From a virus: a stretch of 64,000 bases of DNA. The notes under the pieces were generated by a model that worked only from the letters and a program-made list of their open reading frames with translations, searched no databases and was not told where the DNA came from. Within the stretch, counting starts at the first letter, position 1. Every line of letters begins with the position of its first letter. A program made the position numbers and the translations under genes. Positions 54,517 through 64,000 of the stretch are shown one piece after another. Where the stretch lies: the IMG/VR virus record IMGVR_UViG_3300020599_000003, positions 1-64,000 of that record. One strand, written 5' to 3'.

Positions 54517-54821
54517 TATGACTCCTTGGTTTGTTGCATGGCGAAGCCAGTGACGCGCACCACGGGGACCGTGCCATCGACGTCACTGATGGTGATGGAA
54601 GCGAAGGGATCGTCCAGGACGAACAGGGAGTTGACCAGAACCGAGTACGGGGTAGCACCCAGCACGTTCGGGACGATGAGCAGGCTGATCTGCGACTTCG
54701 TGGTGACGCAGACCGCATCAGCCGTAGGAACGGTGATAGCTGCGCCTACCTGAAGTTGGACAAACCGTTCGTAGCAGACCTCGAGGCCCTCGAAGGCGAA
54801 GTGTTTCCTGATGCAGTCCAT
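54516..54821 (-). CDS. Probable virion-associated protein
   Basis: Lies in the structural operon; beta-rich. Confidence 0.6.
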   Translation of the reverse strand: MDCIRKHFAFEGLEVCYERFVQLQVGAAITVPTADAVCVTTKSQISLLIVPNVLGATPYSVLVNSLFVLDDPFASITISDVDGTVPVVRVTGFAMQQTKES

Positions 54822-54827
54822 GTAGGC

Positions 54828-55060
54828 TCACTCTTTAACGAAATGCAGGTTGATGCTCACGTTGATATGGCTTGACCCTGAGCCTGTCGCCTGCTCGATG
54901 CCGATGCGGTCACCGGCCTTAAGGGTCACGTCTTCCAGGATGACGGCTGGAACGTACCCTCCGCGCCGTGGATGGAGCTCAGAACCATGAATTGCCTACC
55001 GTCGCTCACGCGAGCGGTGTGGAAGACCACATCGGCCTTCGCACCCAAGGCCGATGCCAT
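54828..55060 (-). pseudogene. Frameshifted small structural-type gene
   Basis: RBS AGGAG + MASALGAK...SIHGA continues in the -1 frame as GYVPAVILEDVTLKAGDRIGIE...LHFVKE*; span 233 nt. Confidence 0.6.
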
Positions 55061-55092
55061 GCAGAGCTCCTAATCAGTGAGTGATGTTATCG

Positions 55093-55440
55093 CTATGAGG
55101 TTGCTTCTCCCTCCTCACCCTCGGAAGAGGGGGCCTCTTCTGCGGGGGGCTCCTCGGATTCGGGTTCCGTGGCGGGCTCTTCAGGTTCCGATTCCGGCTC
55201 GTCCACCTCCGGAACCCAACCTTCGGGTGGCACAATGCGCTGCACCTTGATGGTTTCGGTGGATACCGCTTCCGGGCTCCACTGCACCACGCGGGTGTCG
55301 TAGTGCGGGGACTGGAGGTGCCAGCCATGCAGCAGCTCCATGTCCTCGATGGTGAGAAACGCCTGCACCACTTCGATGGGTTCGTCCGCAGTGCGTGCGA
55401 CCTCCGCCAGCTCGTAGACGCTCGATCCTTCGTACTTCAT
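55093..55440 (-). CDS. Acidic hypothetical protein
   Basis: RBS GAGG; Glu/Pro-rich tail. Confidence 0.65.
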   Translation of the reverse strand: MKYEGSSVYELAEVARTADEPIEVVQAFLTIEDMELLHGWHLQSPHYDTRVVQWSPEAVSTETIKVQRIVPPEGWVPEVDEPESEPEEPATEPESEEPPAEEAPSSEGEEGEATS

Positions 55441-55448
55441 AGGGACCT

Positions 55449-56048
55449 CTATCGTAGATTGAAGAACCAGATGATCTGTTGTTGCGTAAGGTCGACAGGA
55501 TCGGTGGAATCACCGAGAACCTCGACCGCGTACCGATGCACGGAATTCGGAGAGGTGTCGTCGCCAAGGACTTCGACCACCGTGCGATTGATTTCCTGCT
55601 CCAGACCCACTACAGCAAGAGCTTCGACCTGGAAGCTGTGTACGAGTGGCGTCTGGATTTCCTCGTAGACGATGTCCTGTTCCAGGGCAACGCCACGAGC
55701 AGCAGGGATCGGATCGAGCTCAACCTCCGCCAGCACCTCGACGGTCACCTTGTTGAACTTGCGCACCAGAGGCGGCAAGGCCAGCACGGAACGGCCTACG
55801 ACAGCAGAGCGGAGTTCCGGCGGCGGCACGAAGGATGTGTCGTCCGCCAGTACCTCCACCTCGACCTGCCGCACCGGCGGATTCTGGGAGGCCATAACGA
55901 GCACGGCCCTCCCAACTACCTTCGCCGAAAGCTCAGGGTACGGGATGAAGTCCGTACCTCCGAGAACTTCGACGCGCACCCCATTGGCTACACCTGACTC
56001 GACGACAACCAGATCCTGGTTGAGCGCCAGGGCTTTTACGTCTGCCAT
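55449..56048 (-). CDS. Val/Glu-rich repeat protein
   Basis: RBS AAGGAG; six xVE(V/A)L repeats. Confidence 0.65.
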   Translation of the reverse strand: MADVKALALNQDLVVVESGVANGVRVEVLGGTDFIPYPELSAKVVGRAVLVMASQNPPVRQVEVEVLADDTSFVPPPELRSAVVGRSVLALPPLVRKFNKVTVEVLAEVELDPIPAARGVALEQDIVYEEIQTPLVHSFQVEALAVVGLEQEINRTVVEVLGDDTSPNSVHRYAVEVLGDSTDPVDLTQQQIIWFFNLR

Positions 56049-56060
56049 ACTGGTGCTCCT

Positions 56061-58127
56061 TTATGTGGTACGTCCGATACGGATCTTCGCCTGTCCGACT
56101 GAGGTGCGGGTCCATTCGGCACCCGTCTTAGGGTCTTTGTCGAGGTCCTGACGGAGGTACGTCCACGACCCCACGGGCGACACAACATCCTGCGGAGTCA
56201 GCTCTTGCACCACGCCCCCGGACGACACGCCGACCGTGACCTTCATGGCGCTTGCCATCTGCCGGCTGAAGAAGGCTTCCGTCGTCACACCCAGCACACG
56301 ATAGCCCTCGGGTACGACGGTGCCGTTCGTGCTGTACTGATCGCGCTTCGGTGCGCCCTGTTCGGACACGGAGGTTGTGCTGTTCGTAATCGACGGCTGG
56401 GCAACCATCTCGGCGTGAGCAGCACCTTCTACGCTAGGATTCCACTCCAACGGAGTATCGTCCGTGGCCGGAACATCGTAGTAGACGCGGAGGTCCGGAC
56501 CCAGCATGCCAGGATCCTGCGCAATGGGGAACTCCAGATAGACCATATCCGCCGTGTACTGGTTCCACGCCCCTCGCGAGATGCCGAACCAGTTGACTGC
56601 CGTACCCGATGACCAGCTCAGCGTGGTTGTGCGGACCACAACGGAGTCGATGACATAAGTGATCTCCCAGTTGTTGGTGGCCGCAGCGGGCCGCGCAATG
56701 AGTTGGAATTCGTGCCACTGGTTGACTCCGTTGGGAACCGTGGTGGCTACGACTGTCGTGTTCATGGCAACCGTCTGTATGAACGTCGCTGCCGTGTAGG
56801 CCGCATTAGGCGTAAAGCCGATCGGATAGTAGCCAGCGGGTGATCCACCGGTAGTGCTGGGCGGCTGCGAATAGAACAGACCGTTGCAGTTGGTGTTGTT
56901 GCCCGTGTTGGAGCTGGCTCGCGCGGGAGTCGACATCAGCAACTCCCACTTGATTCCGTCCTTGGAGCGGGCCAGCAGGTAGTCGTTCTGCGTGTTGGCG
57001 GGGGAGCAGAGCCAGAACTCACCATTGATGAACTTTAGGCCATCCATGCAGAAGCCCGAGGTGTACGTTGTGAGAGTCGGGAACGGGGTCGCCACCGTCG
57101 TCCAGGTAACCCCATCATCCTTGCTCACGAAGACCTCAGCGTGGCTGTAGGACGCCGCCACGAAGGTGCCATTGCCGTAGGCCACGCCACCCATGTCGCG
57201 ACCGGTCAGTGGGAACGTGCCTGGCGTGAACGTCAGCCCCTGGTCCACTGAGCGCGAATAGGAGCTGGAACGACCGATCGCGATGACCGTCTTGGTGACG
57301 TCCGATGCAGCGATGCCGATAACATCGGTCGAGACGTTCGGGGTCACCGCAGCAATCGACTGCAGATCATCCGGCGACCGCGCGCAGCGCAGGGCCGCGC
57401 CAGCAACGAGCCACACAGCAGTGCCTGGGATGTTGCAGATGGTGTAGATGGGGCCAGCCAACGCAGTCAGGTCCGTGAACGGGCCGTTGATGTTGGTGCC
57501 GTGGTAGATGTGCCCGTTGTCGAAGCCGAACGCAATGCGTCCGTTTCCAACTGCCGAGGACCGCTGCGACGACGAGCCGGTGAAGATCGTCGTTGCCGAA
57601 TACCCGACAGATGGGGTTCCGTGGACAGCCACCATAGCACCGCCGCGCGAGTCAACCCAGACAGCTTCGCCGTTGAAGCCGATGCCGTAGCCTAGCGTGC
57701 CGGACGTGGAGCCGGAGCCGGGCGACAGGACGAAGTTCCAGGCGTCACCGTCGGGGCTCACGCCGATGTAGTTGCCGACAGAGCCCACTGTGGGCATGAT
57801 GTACTGGGAACCATCCCAGATGATGTTGTTGCCAACGGACCCCCAGATCCACGACATCTGCTTCCACGACATGGCAAAGCCGATCTTGTCGGCCCACATG
57901 GAGTCAAGCGGGGTGCGCGACATGGGAATCGCGAGGTAGTCACTAGCCGTACCGCCCGTTCCAGTCGCAGCGGCGGTGCCTGCTGACAGTAGACCCACGG
58001 AACGACCCCCAACGTAGGGGGCCATGCCCGACGAGAAGAAGTCGGAGGAGGCCCCCGACCAAATCCCCATCGTCGAGAAATCGTTCTTGACGCGAGCGCC
58101 GCCGAGGCTCACGAAGTTGTATGCCAT
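56061..58127 (-). CDS. Virion fibre or receptor-binding protein with BNR/Asp-box propeller
   Basis: SVDQGLTF, SKDDGVTW, SKDGIKW; C-terminal module shared with the next two genes. Confidence 0.75.
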   Translation of the reverse strand: MAYNFVSLGGARVKNDFSTMGIWSGASSDFFSSGMAPYVGGRSVGLLSAGTAAATGTGGTASDYLAIPMSRTPLDSMWADKIGFAMSWKQMSWIWGSVGNNIIWDGSQYIMPTVGSVGNYIGVSPDGDAWNFVLSPGSGSTSGTLGYGIGFNGEAVWVDSRGGAMVAVHGTPSVGYSATTIFTGSSSQRSSAVGNGRIAFGFDNGHIYHGTNINGPFTDLTALAGPIYTICNIPGTAVWLVAGAALRCARSPDDLQSIAAVTPNVSTDVIGIAASDVTKTVIAIGRSSSYSRSVDQGLTFTPGTFPLTGRDMGGVAYGNGTFVAASYSHAEVFVSKDDGVTWTTVATPFPTLTTYTSGFCMDGLKFINGEFWLCSPANTQNDYLLARSKDGIKWELLMSTPARASSNTGNNTNCNGLFYSQPPSTTGGSPAGYYPIGFTPNAAYTAATFIQTVAMNTTVVATTVPNGVNQWHEFQLIARPAAATNNWEITYVIDSVVVRTTTLSWSSGTAVNWFGISRGAWNQYTADMVYLEFPIAQDPGMLGPDLRVYYDVPATDDTPLEWNPSVEGAAHAEMVAQPSITNSTTSVSEQGAPKRDQYSTNGTVVPEGYRVLGVTTEAFFSRQMASAMKVTVGVSSGGVVQELTPQDVVSPVGSWTYLRQDLDKDPKTGAEWTRTSVGQAKIRIGRTT

Positions 58128-58136
58128 GATGTTCCT

Positions 58137-60272
58137 TTATGCGGTGCGGTTGATGCTCACTTGCATCGCCTTGAGGGACTCTTCCGTCCAGAGGTTGCCA
58201 TTACCGTCCTTCTCAGCCACAATGTTCAGGCCGATGAAGTCCGTGGTGGAACCATCCAACACCAGCGACCGGCTGCCGAGGTTCACCGCGTTGTGGGACA
58301 CATCGAGCTTGATCGTGGGTGTCGGAATGCCGAGACGATTGAAGACCATCGTCGTGTTGACAGCAGCCAACCGATACCCAGCAATGGGTGGCGCGTTACC
58401 GGAGTTCTGATAGGTGTCTTCGTTTCCGACGGCAGACGACTGTACGAAGTTCGTAGCCGCAAGCACGCGCCCATCACCGGAAGCCGCAGCGGCATTCGAG
58501 GCAGCACCAGTCGGGACTCGCTCCCACTGAGGCGTACCCACATCGGTGTCGAATCCAGTGGGCCGGGGGCGCACTTGGATATCCCCACGGGGAATGTCGT
58601 TCATAGACGTACCAGACATGTCCGTCATGATGACATCGCCCCACATGCTGAACCCATAGGACGACGTGCAGAACCAGAGGCGCTGCGTGGAGGAAGCTGC
58701 TGCAACGTTGGTTGCGGTCGTGCCGACCTTGACGTCATCGACCCAGAACTCCACATCGAATGTCGGCACCGATTGCCCGGATACGGAGCGGCCCACAATC
58801 TGACACTTGTGCCAGAGCGCATCAGTCGAGTTGCTCACTGTATCGCGTTGCGTGCCGGTAGCAGCCCCCAGATACGTGCAGATCCCGGAGTTGGTGGCGT
58901 TGATGCCCATCATCTGGTTACCACCAGTGAGGAATCCGCTACCCGAATACGCATCTGCGAAGAACAGCCCCGTAGGCGTTACCGAAGCGTTCGGGGCAGT
59001 TCGGGCGCTGGTAGTTCCTTGGATGAGTTCCCAAGTACCTTGACCAGCGTACTTCATTACCGCAGAGATCACGCTGTTGAGGGCGAACATGTACAGACCA
59101 TCGTTCATCTTCAGGTCGCGCCACACCAGATCACGCCCGTTCAGGTTGAGGTCGTTCGTGACGACCGTCCACATGGTGGCATCGGTGCTGGTGAGAGTGT
59201 TCGACTGGTTAGTGAGCGCTATGAACTCACCGTTGTAGAACGTGACCCAGTTGATGTGTTCGGTCGTACCGGACGTGCGGAGGGCCCAGGTGACTCCACC
59301 ATCAGTGGAGCTCCAGATGCGACCCGAGTCTCCGACCACAGCAATCTTGGTTCCATCCGTGCTGCAAGCGGTCGCCCGTGGGGTTGCAGCCGTCGTGCCT
59401 CCGGAGAACACTGCGGTCCACGAAGTCCCGTTGAGTGACCGCCCGATGAGGATCGCCTTGGAATTGTAGTCCGTACCGACGTAGATGAAGCAGCCTGCCT
59501 GAGCGAACCAGTCGATGGTAGTGGGGATGCCACCCAGGGACTGCCCGTTCTTGGTATCCCACACTGCTGTAGGCGTACCACCGAACACGTTGGTGCTGTA
59601 GATCGTTGCTCCGGAATTGTTAGCCCTGTTGAACCACGTATAGTAGTAGTACCCGTCATGGTACGTCGCGTCGCGGTAGCCTACATTGGTCGCGGCCTGC
59701 GCAACGGAAACCGTGGGGTTGGTGGCGCTGTTCCACTTACCCATATAGGCGTTCGTGGTCATCAGCACTTCACCGTTCTCGGTTAGCTTAAGGTGGGAGG
59801 TGCTATCCTCGTCCCACCCGTAGCCTGTCCCGCCGGGTACGGAAGTTGCAGTAGTCCAGTTGTAGAAGTCCGTAGAATCCTGGTATAGAGTCCAGTTGGG
59901 CACGCCTCGAATGGTCACTCCGTCCGTCGTGTAGAGGTACTGGAGCTTCGGGGTGGAATCGTAGCGGCCTTGAAACGTCAGGCAGAACCCACCGGCGCTG
60001 TAATATTCCTGAGCGCTCCCGACGTCAAGAATCATTTCGTTCGTGCTACTATTGCCGGAATGGCCCGGGAAGGTAGTCGCAGTGGCGTAGCTGAAGCGCT
60101 GAAGAGTATTCCCGCTCTTGGTGTTCCAACGAGCACCCTTCGCTACACCCATGAAGCGCAGTGCAGTGCCGTCCGAGTTTGTCTGGATATTCTTGGTCTT
60201 GCCACCCAGCATGGCAGTGAGGTCAGGCCACGTCTTGGCATGGTTGAACGAGATTACTTTCTTGAGTGCCAT
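58137..60272 (-). CDS. Virion fibre or receptor-binding protein with BNR/Asp-box propeller
   Basis: SLNGTSW, STDGGVTW, STDATMW; shared C-terminal module. Confidence 0.75.
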   Translation of the reverse strand: MALKKVISFNHAKTWPDLTAMLGGKTKNIQTNSDGTALRFMGVAKGARWNTKSGNTLQRFSYATATTFPGHSGNSSTNEMILDVGSAQEYYSAGGFCLTFQGRYDSTPKLQYLYTTDGVTIRGVPNWTLYQDSTDFYNWTTATSVPGGTGYGWDEDSTSHLKLTENGEVLMTTNAYMGKWNSATNPTVSVAQAATNVGYRDATYHDGYYYYTWFNRANNSGATIYSTNVFGGTPTAVWDTKNGQSLGGIPTTIDWFAQAGCFIYVGTDYNSKAILIGRSLNGTSWTAVFSGGTTAATPRATACSTDGTKIAVVGDSGRIWSSTDGGVTWALRTSGTTEHINWVTFYNGEFIALTNQSNTLTSTDATMWTVVTNDLNLNGRDLVWRDLKMNDGLYMFALNSVISAVMKYAGQGTWELIQGTTSARTAPNASVTPTGLFFADAYSGSGFLTGGNQMMGINATNSGICTYLGAATGTQRDTVSNSTDALWHKCQIVGRSVSGQSVPTFDVEFWVDDVKVGTTATNVAAASSTQRLWFCTSSYGFSMWGDVIMTDMSGTSMNDIPRGDIQVRPRPTGFDTDVGTPQWERVPTGAASNAAAASGDGRVLAATNFVQSSAVGNEDTYQNSGNAPPIAGYRLAAVNTTMVFNRLGIPTPTIKLDVSHNAVNLGSRSLVLDGSTTDFIGLNIVAEKDGNGNLWTEESLKAMQVSINRTA

Positions 60273-60324
60273 CTCTTATCCTTCTTTGGCCCGACGAGAC
60301 CGCTCCCACCGGGCCACACGAGAG

Positions 60325-61524
60325 TTACAGGCTGACGTTGCCCACTTCCAGCAGTGCCAGATTGGTCAGGTTGAACGGCGTGCTGCTGGCCGATTGTTCC
60401 TGTACCGCGATGATACGCTGAGCGTTCTTGCCGACCACGTCGAAGTTCACCGTGGTGGCGTCCGCTGCCTGATACTTCAGCTGCGGGTTGACCGACAGGA
60501 ACTTCTCCGAGGTTTCGGTGATCTGGACAGCCTTGATGTTCTGGATGTCCGGGAACAGCGATGTGTCAAACTTGTACAGGTCGATCTGACCGCTGTCGGT
60601 GGCCTGCACGAAGTCCGTGTCGGACGCCGCGCATTCCCAGTTCTGCTTGCCGCTGTCCGACGGAGTCCACTGGCTCACCGAACCGTTGGCGTTCAGCGGC
60701 ATCGGGAACGAGCGTACAGGCGGCATGAGCGGCATGTCGTTCGAGCCTTGAGCCGGCAGGTTGGCTTCACCGTCCGTGAAGCCAGCAGGCCAGAGCAGCG
60801 TACCATTGCGATCCACCGAGGTACCATCCACTTGCTGCATGGTGCAGTCGTCCAGCGTGAACGTGAACGCCGTGCTGTGGATTTCACCCCAGCGGTTGAT
60901 GACCGACGTGTTGAATGTGGTGGCGGACAGCGTGGTGGCGAGGTTGTCGCGGATAGTAGCGCCGGACACCGTGACCGAGGTCTGCAGCGTGTTGGCAGCC
61001 GTTGCACCCGTGACGCGGACAACCACGAAGTAGTACAGGCCCGTCTGAACAGCCACCAGCACAGGCGACGTCGCGAAGGAGCTGTAGTTCGTGGGGAACA
61101 CGAGGTTCAGGCCGTTGGTCGTGTTGTTCAGGATGCCGAACAGGGGAATGATGTTGGCCGTGGCCGTCGGAGCCAGCGAGCTCGACGTCAGGAACACCAT
61201 CGGCGTGGCTGCAACCGTGGCTGCAACCGTGTCGATGCGGACCCATCCGGACCATGCGAACAGGGTCTTCTGGGCGTTCTGGCCTGCGGTCACGGCATTT
61301 GTGATGACGCCAGTGGATTGGAACTCGCGCAGGAAGCCGATGCCAGCCGTGGCGCTCGGGGCGCGGGCGCAGGCGAGACCACGTCCGCCGAACTTGCCGG
61401 TGCCTGCCGTGATCTCCGGCGTGTACGTGGGGTTGGGGGTGTAGTTCGGGTAGTTCTGGGCGAGAACACCAGTGGGGTCCGCTTCCATCCCGAAGGTGTC
61501 TTTGATGAAGTTGACGATGGACAT
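60325..61524 (-). CDS. Virion protein, lectin/ConA-like core plus shared C-terminal module
   Basis: RBS GAGGA before MSIVNF; SQWTPSDSG...DTDFV...DLY. Confidence 0.7.
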   Translation of the reverse strand: MSIVNFIKDTFGMEADPTGVLAQNYPNYTPNPTYTPEITAGTGKFGGRGLACARAPSATAGIGFLREFQSTGVITNAVTAGQNAQKTLFAWSGWVRIDTVAATVAATPMVFLTSSSLAPTATANIIPLFGILNNTTNGLNLVFPTNYSSFATSPVLVAVQTGLYYFVVVRVTGATAANTLQTSVTVSGATIRDNLATTLSATTFNTSVINRWGEIHSTAFTFTLDDCTMQQVDGTSVDRNGTLLWPAGFTDGEANLPAQGSNDMPLMPPVRSFPMPLNANGSVSQWTPSDSGKQNWECAASDTDFVQATDSGQIDLYKFDTSLFPDIQNIKAVQITETSEKFLSVNPQLKYQAADATTVNFDVVGKNAQRIIAVQEQSASSTPFNLTNLALLEVGNVSL

Positions 61525-61541
61525 GTAGATTCCTCTGTGGA

Positions 61542-62771
61542 TTAGGGCGCGCGACGGCCGACCATGTTGCAACTGAACTGAGCAATGTTGGAGGGCCAGA
61601 CCCATTCGAGCAAGTCACCGATCTCGAAGGTCGGCTCCGTTTCGGTGCTGGTCCAGGTGACGGCATCGGTGGCCAGGGTGTACTGGATCGAGCCGATGTT
61701 GGTGGACACGCCAGCACGGATGCGGTTCAGCTGCACAATGGCGGTGCTGCCAGTGTAGAGCTTGAAATATGCATACGAGCTAGCGAAGTTTTGCGCGAAC
61801 TTGACCTGGAACGGGAACGGATAGCGCACGTTGCCGAGCAGCACCGGAGCGCCGTTGGCGTTGAAGCCTACCAGCGACACCGCCGGATCAGGCGGCAGAT
61901 TGTCCAGGTCGTTGTAGTCGTTGGTTGTAGCAACCAGAGCAGCATTGGTGACGTCCGCGATGGTGTGCGTGTGCGGCTTCGGGGTGAAGGTCAGCGGGAT
62001 GCCGCTCAGATCGCTGTACTGGTTGGTCTTGCCGACCAGAGCCAGATCGGGCAGGTTGCCTGCATTGATGATGACGTCGCCGGTCTGGCCGTTCACCGAC
62101 GTGACGGTTGCCACGACGGCGGCAACCTTCTGCCACTTCGTACCATCCGAGACCAGCCAGTCCGCCACGTTCCAGGACGTGGTACCGTCAATGGGGGTGG
62201 TGCCAGCCACTGACACGACGTACAGCCAGCCCAAGTTGCCAGCATCGGCAGCCGGGATGGTCGGCGTGTTGGTAGACGCGTCCCAGGTGCCCTTATACAC
62301 CATCGCGCCGGTGATCGAGTCCGGTAGATACTGCGGCAGGATACGATCGTTGGCATCGAGGATGTCCAGGCCCAGGTCCTGGCGGGTGATGACCACCGTG
62401 CCAGTCTGAGCAGTGCCGTCCTGGCCGCGCACGGACAGCACGTCCGCAGCGATCAGGCCGTCGATCTGGACACTGAGTCCTTGGCCGACCATGACACCAC
62501 CCAACACCGTTTCCGATGCGGGCATCAGCACGTACTGCGGCGGGATGGTAGGCTTGTTGTTGAGGTCGTTGTAGTTGCCCGTGGTAGCGACCGTTGCGAG
62601 GTCGGTGGGCGACACACCGAACTTCACAACGACGCCAGCCGCGTTCTTGGAGTACAGGACCTTGTCGGTCATGTTCATCGCAAGCTGGCGCTCGATGAGA
62701 ACAGAGGGGTCCGGAACCTTACCTGCCTCCTCCGTTCCCAGGTGCTGGATGGGGATATTGACGATGGACAT
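61542..62771 (-). CDS. Tail fibre protein
   Basis: YKGTWDASTNTP...YVVSVAG...W.V.DWLVSDG.KWQK; TSVNGQTGDV; LATVATTGNYNDL.NKP repeats. Confidence 0.78.
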   Translation of the reverse strand: MSIVNIPIQHLGTEEAGKVPDPSVLIERQLAMNMTDKVLYSKNAAGVVVKFGVSPTDLATVATTGNYNDLNNKPTIPPQYVLMPASETVLGGVMVGQGLSVQIDGLIAADVLSVRGQDGTAQTGTVVITRQDLGLDILDANDRILPQYLPDSITGAMVYKGTWDASTNTPTIPAADAGNLGWLYVVSVAGTTPIDGTTSWNVADWLVSDGTKWQKVAAVVATVTSVNGQTGDVIINAGNLPDLALVGKTNQYSDLSGIPLTFTPKPHTHTIADVTNAALVATTNDYNDLDNLPPDPAVSLVGFNANGAPVLLGNVRYPFPFQVKFAQNFASSYAYFKLYTGSTAIVQLNRIRAGVSTNIGSIQYTLATDAVTWTSTETEPTFEIGDLLEWVWPSNIAQFSCNMVGRRAP

Positions 62772-64000
62772 TTAGAACGTTCCTTGGTCGATGATGAGGT
62801 TCGTCATCCAGTTCAGCGTTACCGGCTGCTGTGGTTGGGTGGGATCGGCCATACCATCGATGGTGTAGCCAGCGGCGTTCTGCCCGCCCGTGAACGGTAC
62901 GGAACCATCCGCCTTGAGAGCTCCCAGGTCCTCGGCAGTCAGAGGCACGTTACCCGAACTGTCAGGGCTGATGCCAGCGACCGACGACACCGTACCGGAA
63001 CCGCCACCTCCGGCGACCAAGATCTGGACGCCAGTAGCCGTCTCGACGAAGTCCACTCCCGGCGAGGGAAGCAGCTTCTTCATCGTGACGTTGCCGTCCG
63101 GATCGGTGCCAGCCACCAGCCCCGCCGCGCCTGCGGTGGCATCGATAGCGTCGGATACCGTCTGGACGCCGGTATTGGTGTTGGTGACCGTGATGGTGCC
63201 AGCCGAATTCGTCGTGACTTCGATACCGTCGCCGCCCACCACATTGACAGGGCCGGTGAGACCGTTCAGATTGGTGACCGAGACAGATGCGCCCCCATCG
63301 TACGTGATGAGCAGAGTGTCAGTACCTTGCGCGGTAACGCTGATACCGGCGTCGCCCACGATGTTCAAAGCGCCGTTCAGGGTGTTCAGCGAAAGAACCG
63401 GGTTGGCAAGGCCCACCGCTGCAATGGTGATGTCCTGACCGGACGGGGTCACCTGAATGCCAGACCCGCCGACAATGTTAAGATCACCGAGCAGGGCGTT
63501 CAGCGAAGTGACACCCCCGCCGGTGCCACCAGACGAGACGAAGGTGATGGTACCATCCGGATCCGACGTGATCGTCATGCCCGAACCGGCTGCGAAGTTC
63601 AGGTCGCCAGTGAGCTGGTTGGCTCCGGCCGTGATGGCCGTAACGCCAGTGTTGGTGATCGTGATGTTCTGGCCGGTAATGGACAGGTCGATGCCATCAC
63701 CTTCCTGCAGCAGGGCCTCGCCCTTCACACCGTTCAACGACTCGATGCCGGTGTAGGCCACCGTGATCTTCTGGCCGTTGACAGTCGCCGTGATGGGGTC
63801 CGTACCTTCGATCTCGACTACGCCCTTCAGACCATTCAGCTCGTCCACACCTGCCGCAGCTTGCTCCGATGTCAGAGTCAGGATGCCACCGGCTTCGGTG
63901 ATGGTCAGACCGCCGCCGCCCTGCAGACGCTTCATAACGCCTTCAGAATTGAACACCAGCGGGAAGGTTCCAGCGCCACCATCCACCGAGGTCAGTTCGA
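62772..64000 (-). CDS. Repeat-rich tail fibre protein; 5' end lies outside the window
   Basis: About seven to eight ~36-aa repeats V.SLNG..G.V.I.GG.GI.VT..G..ITI; frame is open to the window edge. Confidence 0.78.
   Translation of the reverse strand, partial: ELTSVDGGAGTFPLVFNSEGVMKRLQGGGGLTITEAGGILTLTSEQAAAGVDELNGLKGVVEIEGTDPITATVNGQKITVAYTGIESLNGVKGEALLQEGDGIDLSITGQNITITNTGVTAITAGANQLTGDLNFAAGSGMTITSDPDGTITFVSSGGTGGGVTSLNALLGDLNIVGGSGIQVTPSGQDITIAAVGLANPVLSLNTLNGALNIVGDAGISVTAQGTDTLLITYDGGASVSVTNLNGLTGPVNVVGGDGIEVTTNSAGTITVTNTNTGVQTVSDAIDATAGAAGLVAGTDPDGNVTMKKLLPSPGVDFVETATGVQILVAGGGGSGTVSSVAGISPDSSGNVPLTAEDLGALKADGSVPFTGGQNAAGYTIDGMADPTQPQQPVTLNWMTNLIIDQGTF

Noticed and set aside
1-64000. 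Stop-codon reassignment
   Set aside because: TAA, TAG and TGA all end intact, densely packed genes with coupled downstream starts; the lesions involve different stop types and a frameshift.
56061-64000. Diversity-generating retroelement acting on fibres
   Set aside because: No reverse transcriptase and no adenine-variant TR/VR nucleotide pair noticed.

Overview
This 64 kb window is a segment of a GC-rich jumbo tailed-phage genome. Gene content resembles RSL1-like myoviruses of Betaproteobacteria; that assignment is an inference and was not searched. The + strand carries DNA and nucleotide metabolism: the 3' end of a type II topoisomerase subunit, dCMP deaminase, NAD-dependent ligase, topoisomerase IB, a Cas4-like nuclease, clamp loader, beta-clamp, SbcC/Rad50, a UvsW-like helicase, DnaB and a dimeric dUTPase. 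Many accessory genes are interspersed: a histone H1-like/AT-hook protein, SET methyltransferase, J-domain protein, two Tat-signal paralogs, a sigma-like factor, BCS1-like AAA ATPase, GNAT, 2OG oxygenase, a NADAR / MazG-like / class II aaRS-like cluster and a SLOG protein. Two - strand blocks (26.0-30.0 kb and 54-64 kb) encode virion fibre and structural proteins. I found no tRNA, rRNA, CRISPR array or integrase. The best leads are: (1) a possible phage 'chromatin' set of H1-like protein, SET and Topo IB, linked by a shared upstream motif CAAYTTTAKG; (2) a translationally coupled NADAR / MazG-like / minimal aaRS-II module; (3) twin Tat substrates plus a BCS1-like ATPase; (4) a second motif, RGTAAATR, upstream of replication genes, plus a divergent sigma factor; (5) a phased A-tract array that may be an origin or pac site; (6) several single-lesion pseudogenes. 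All family calls come from motifs recognised by eye.
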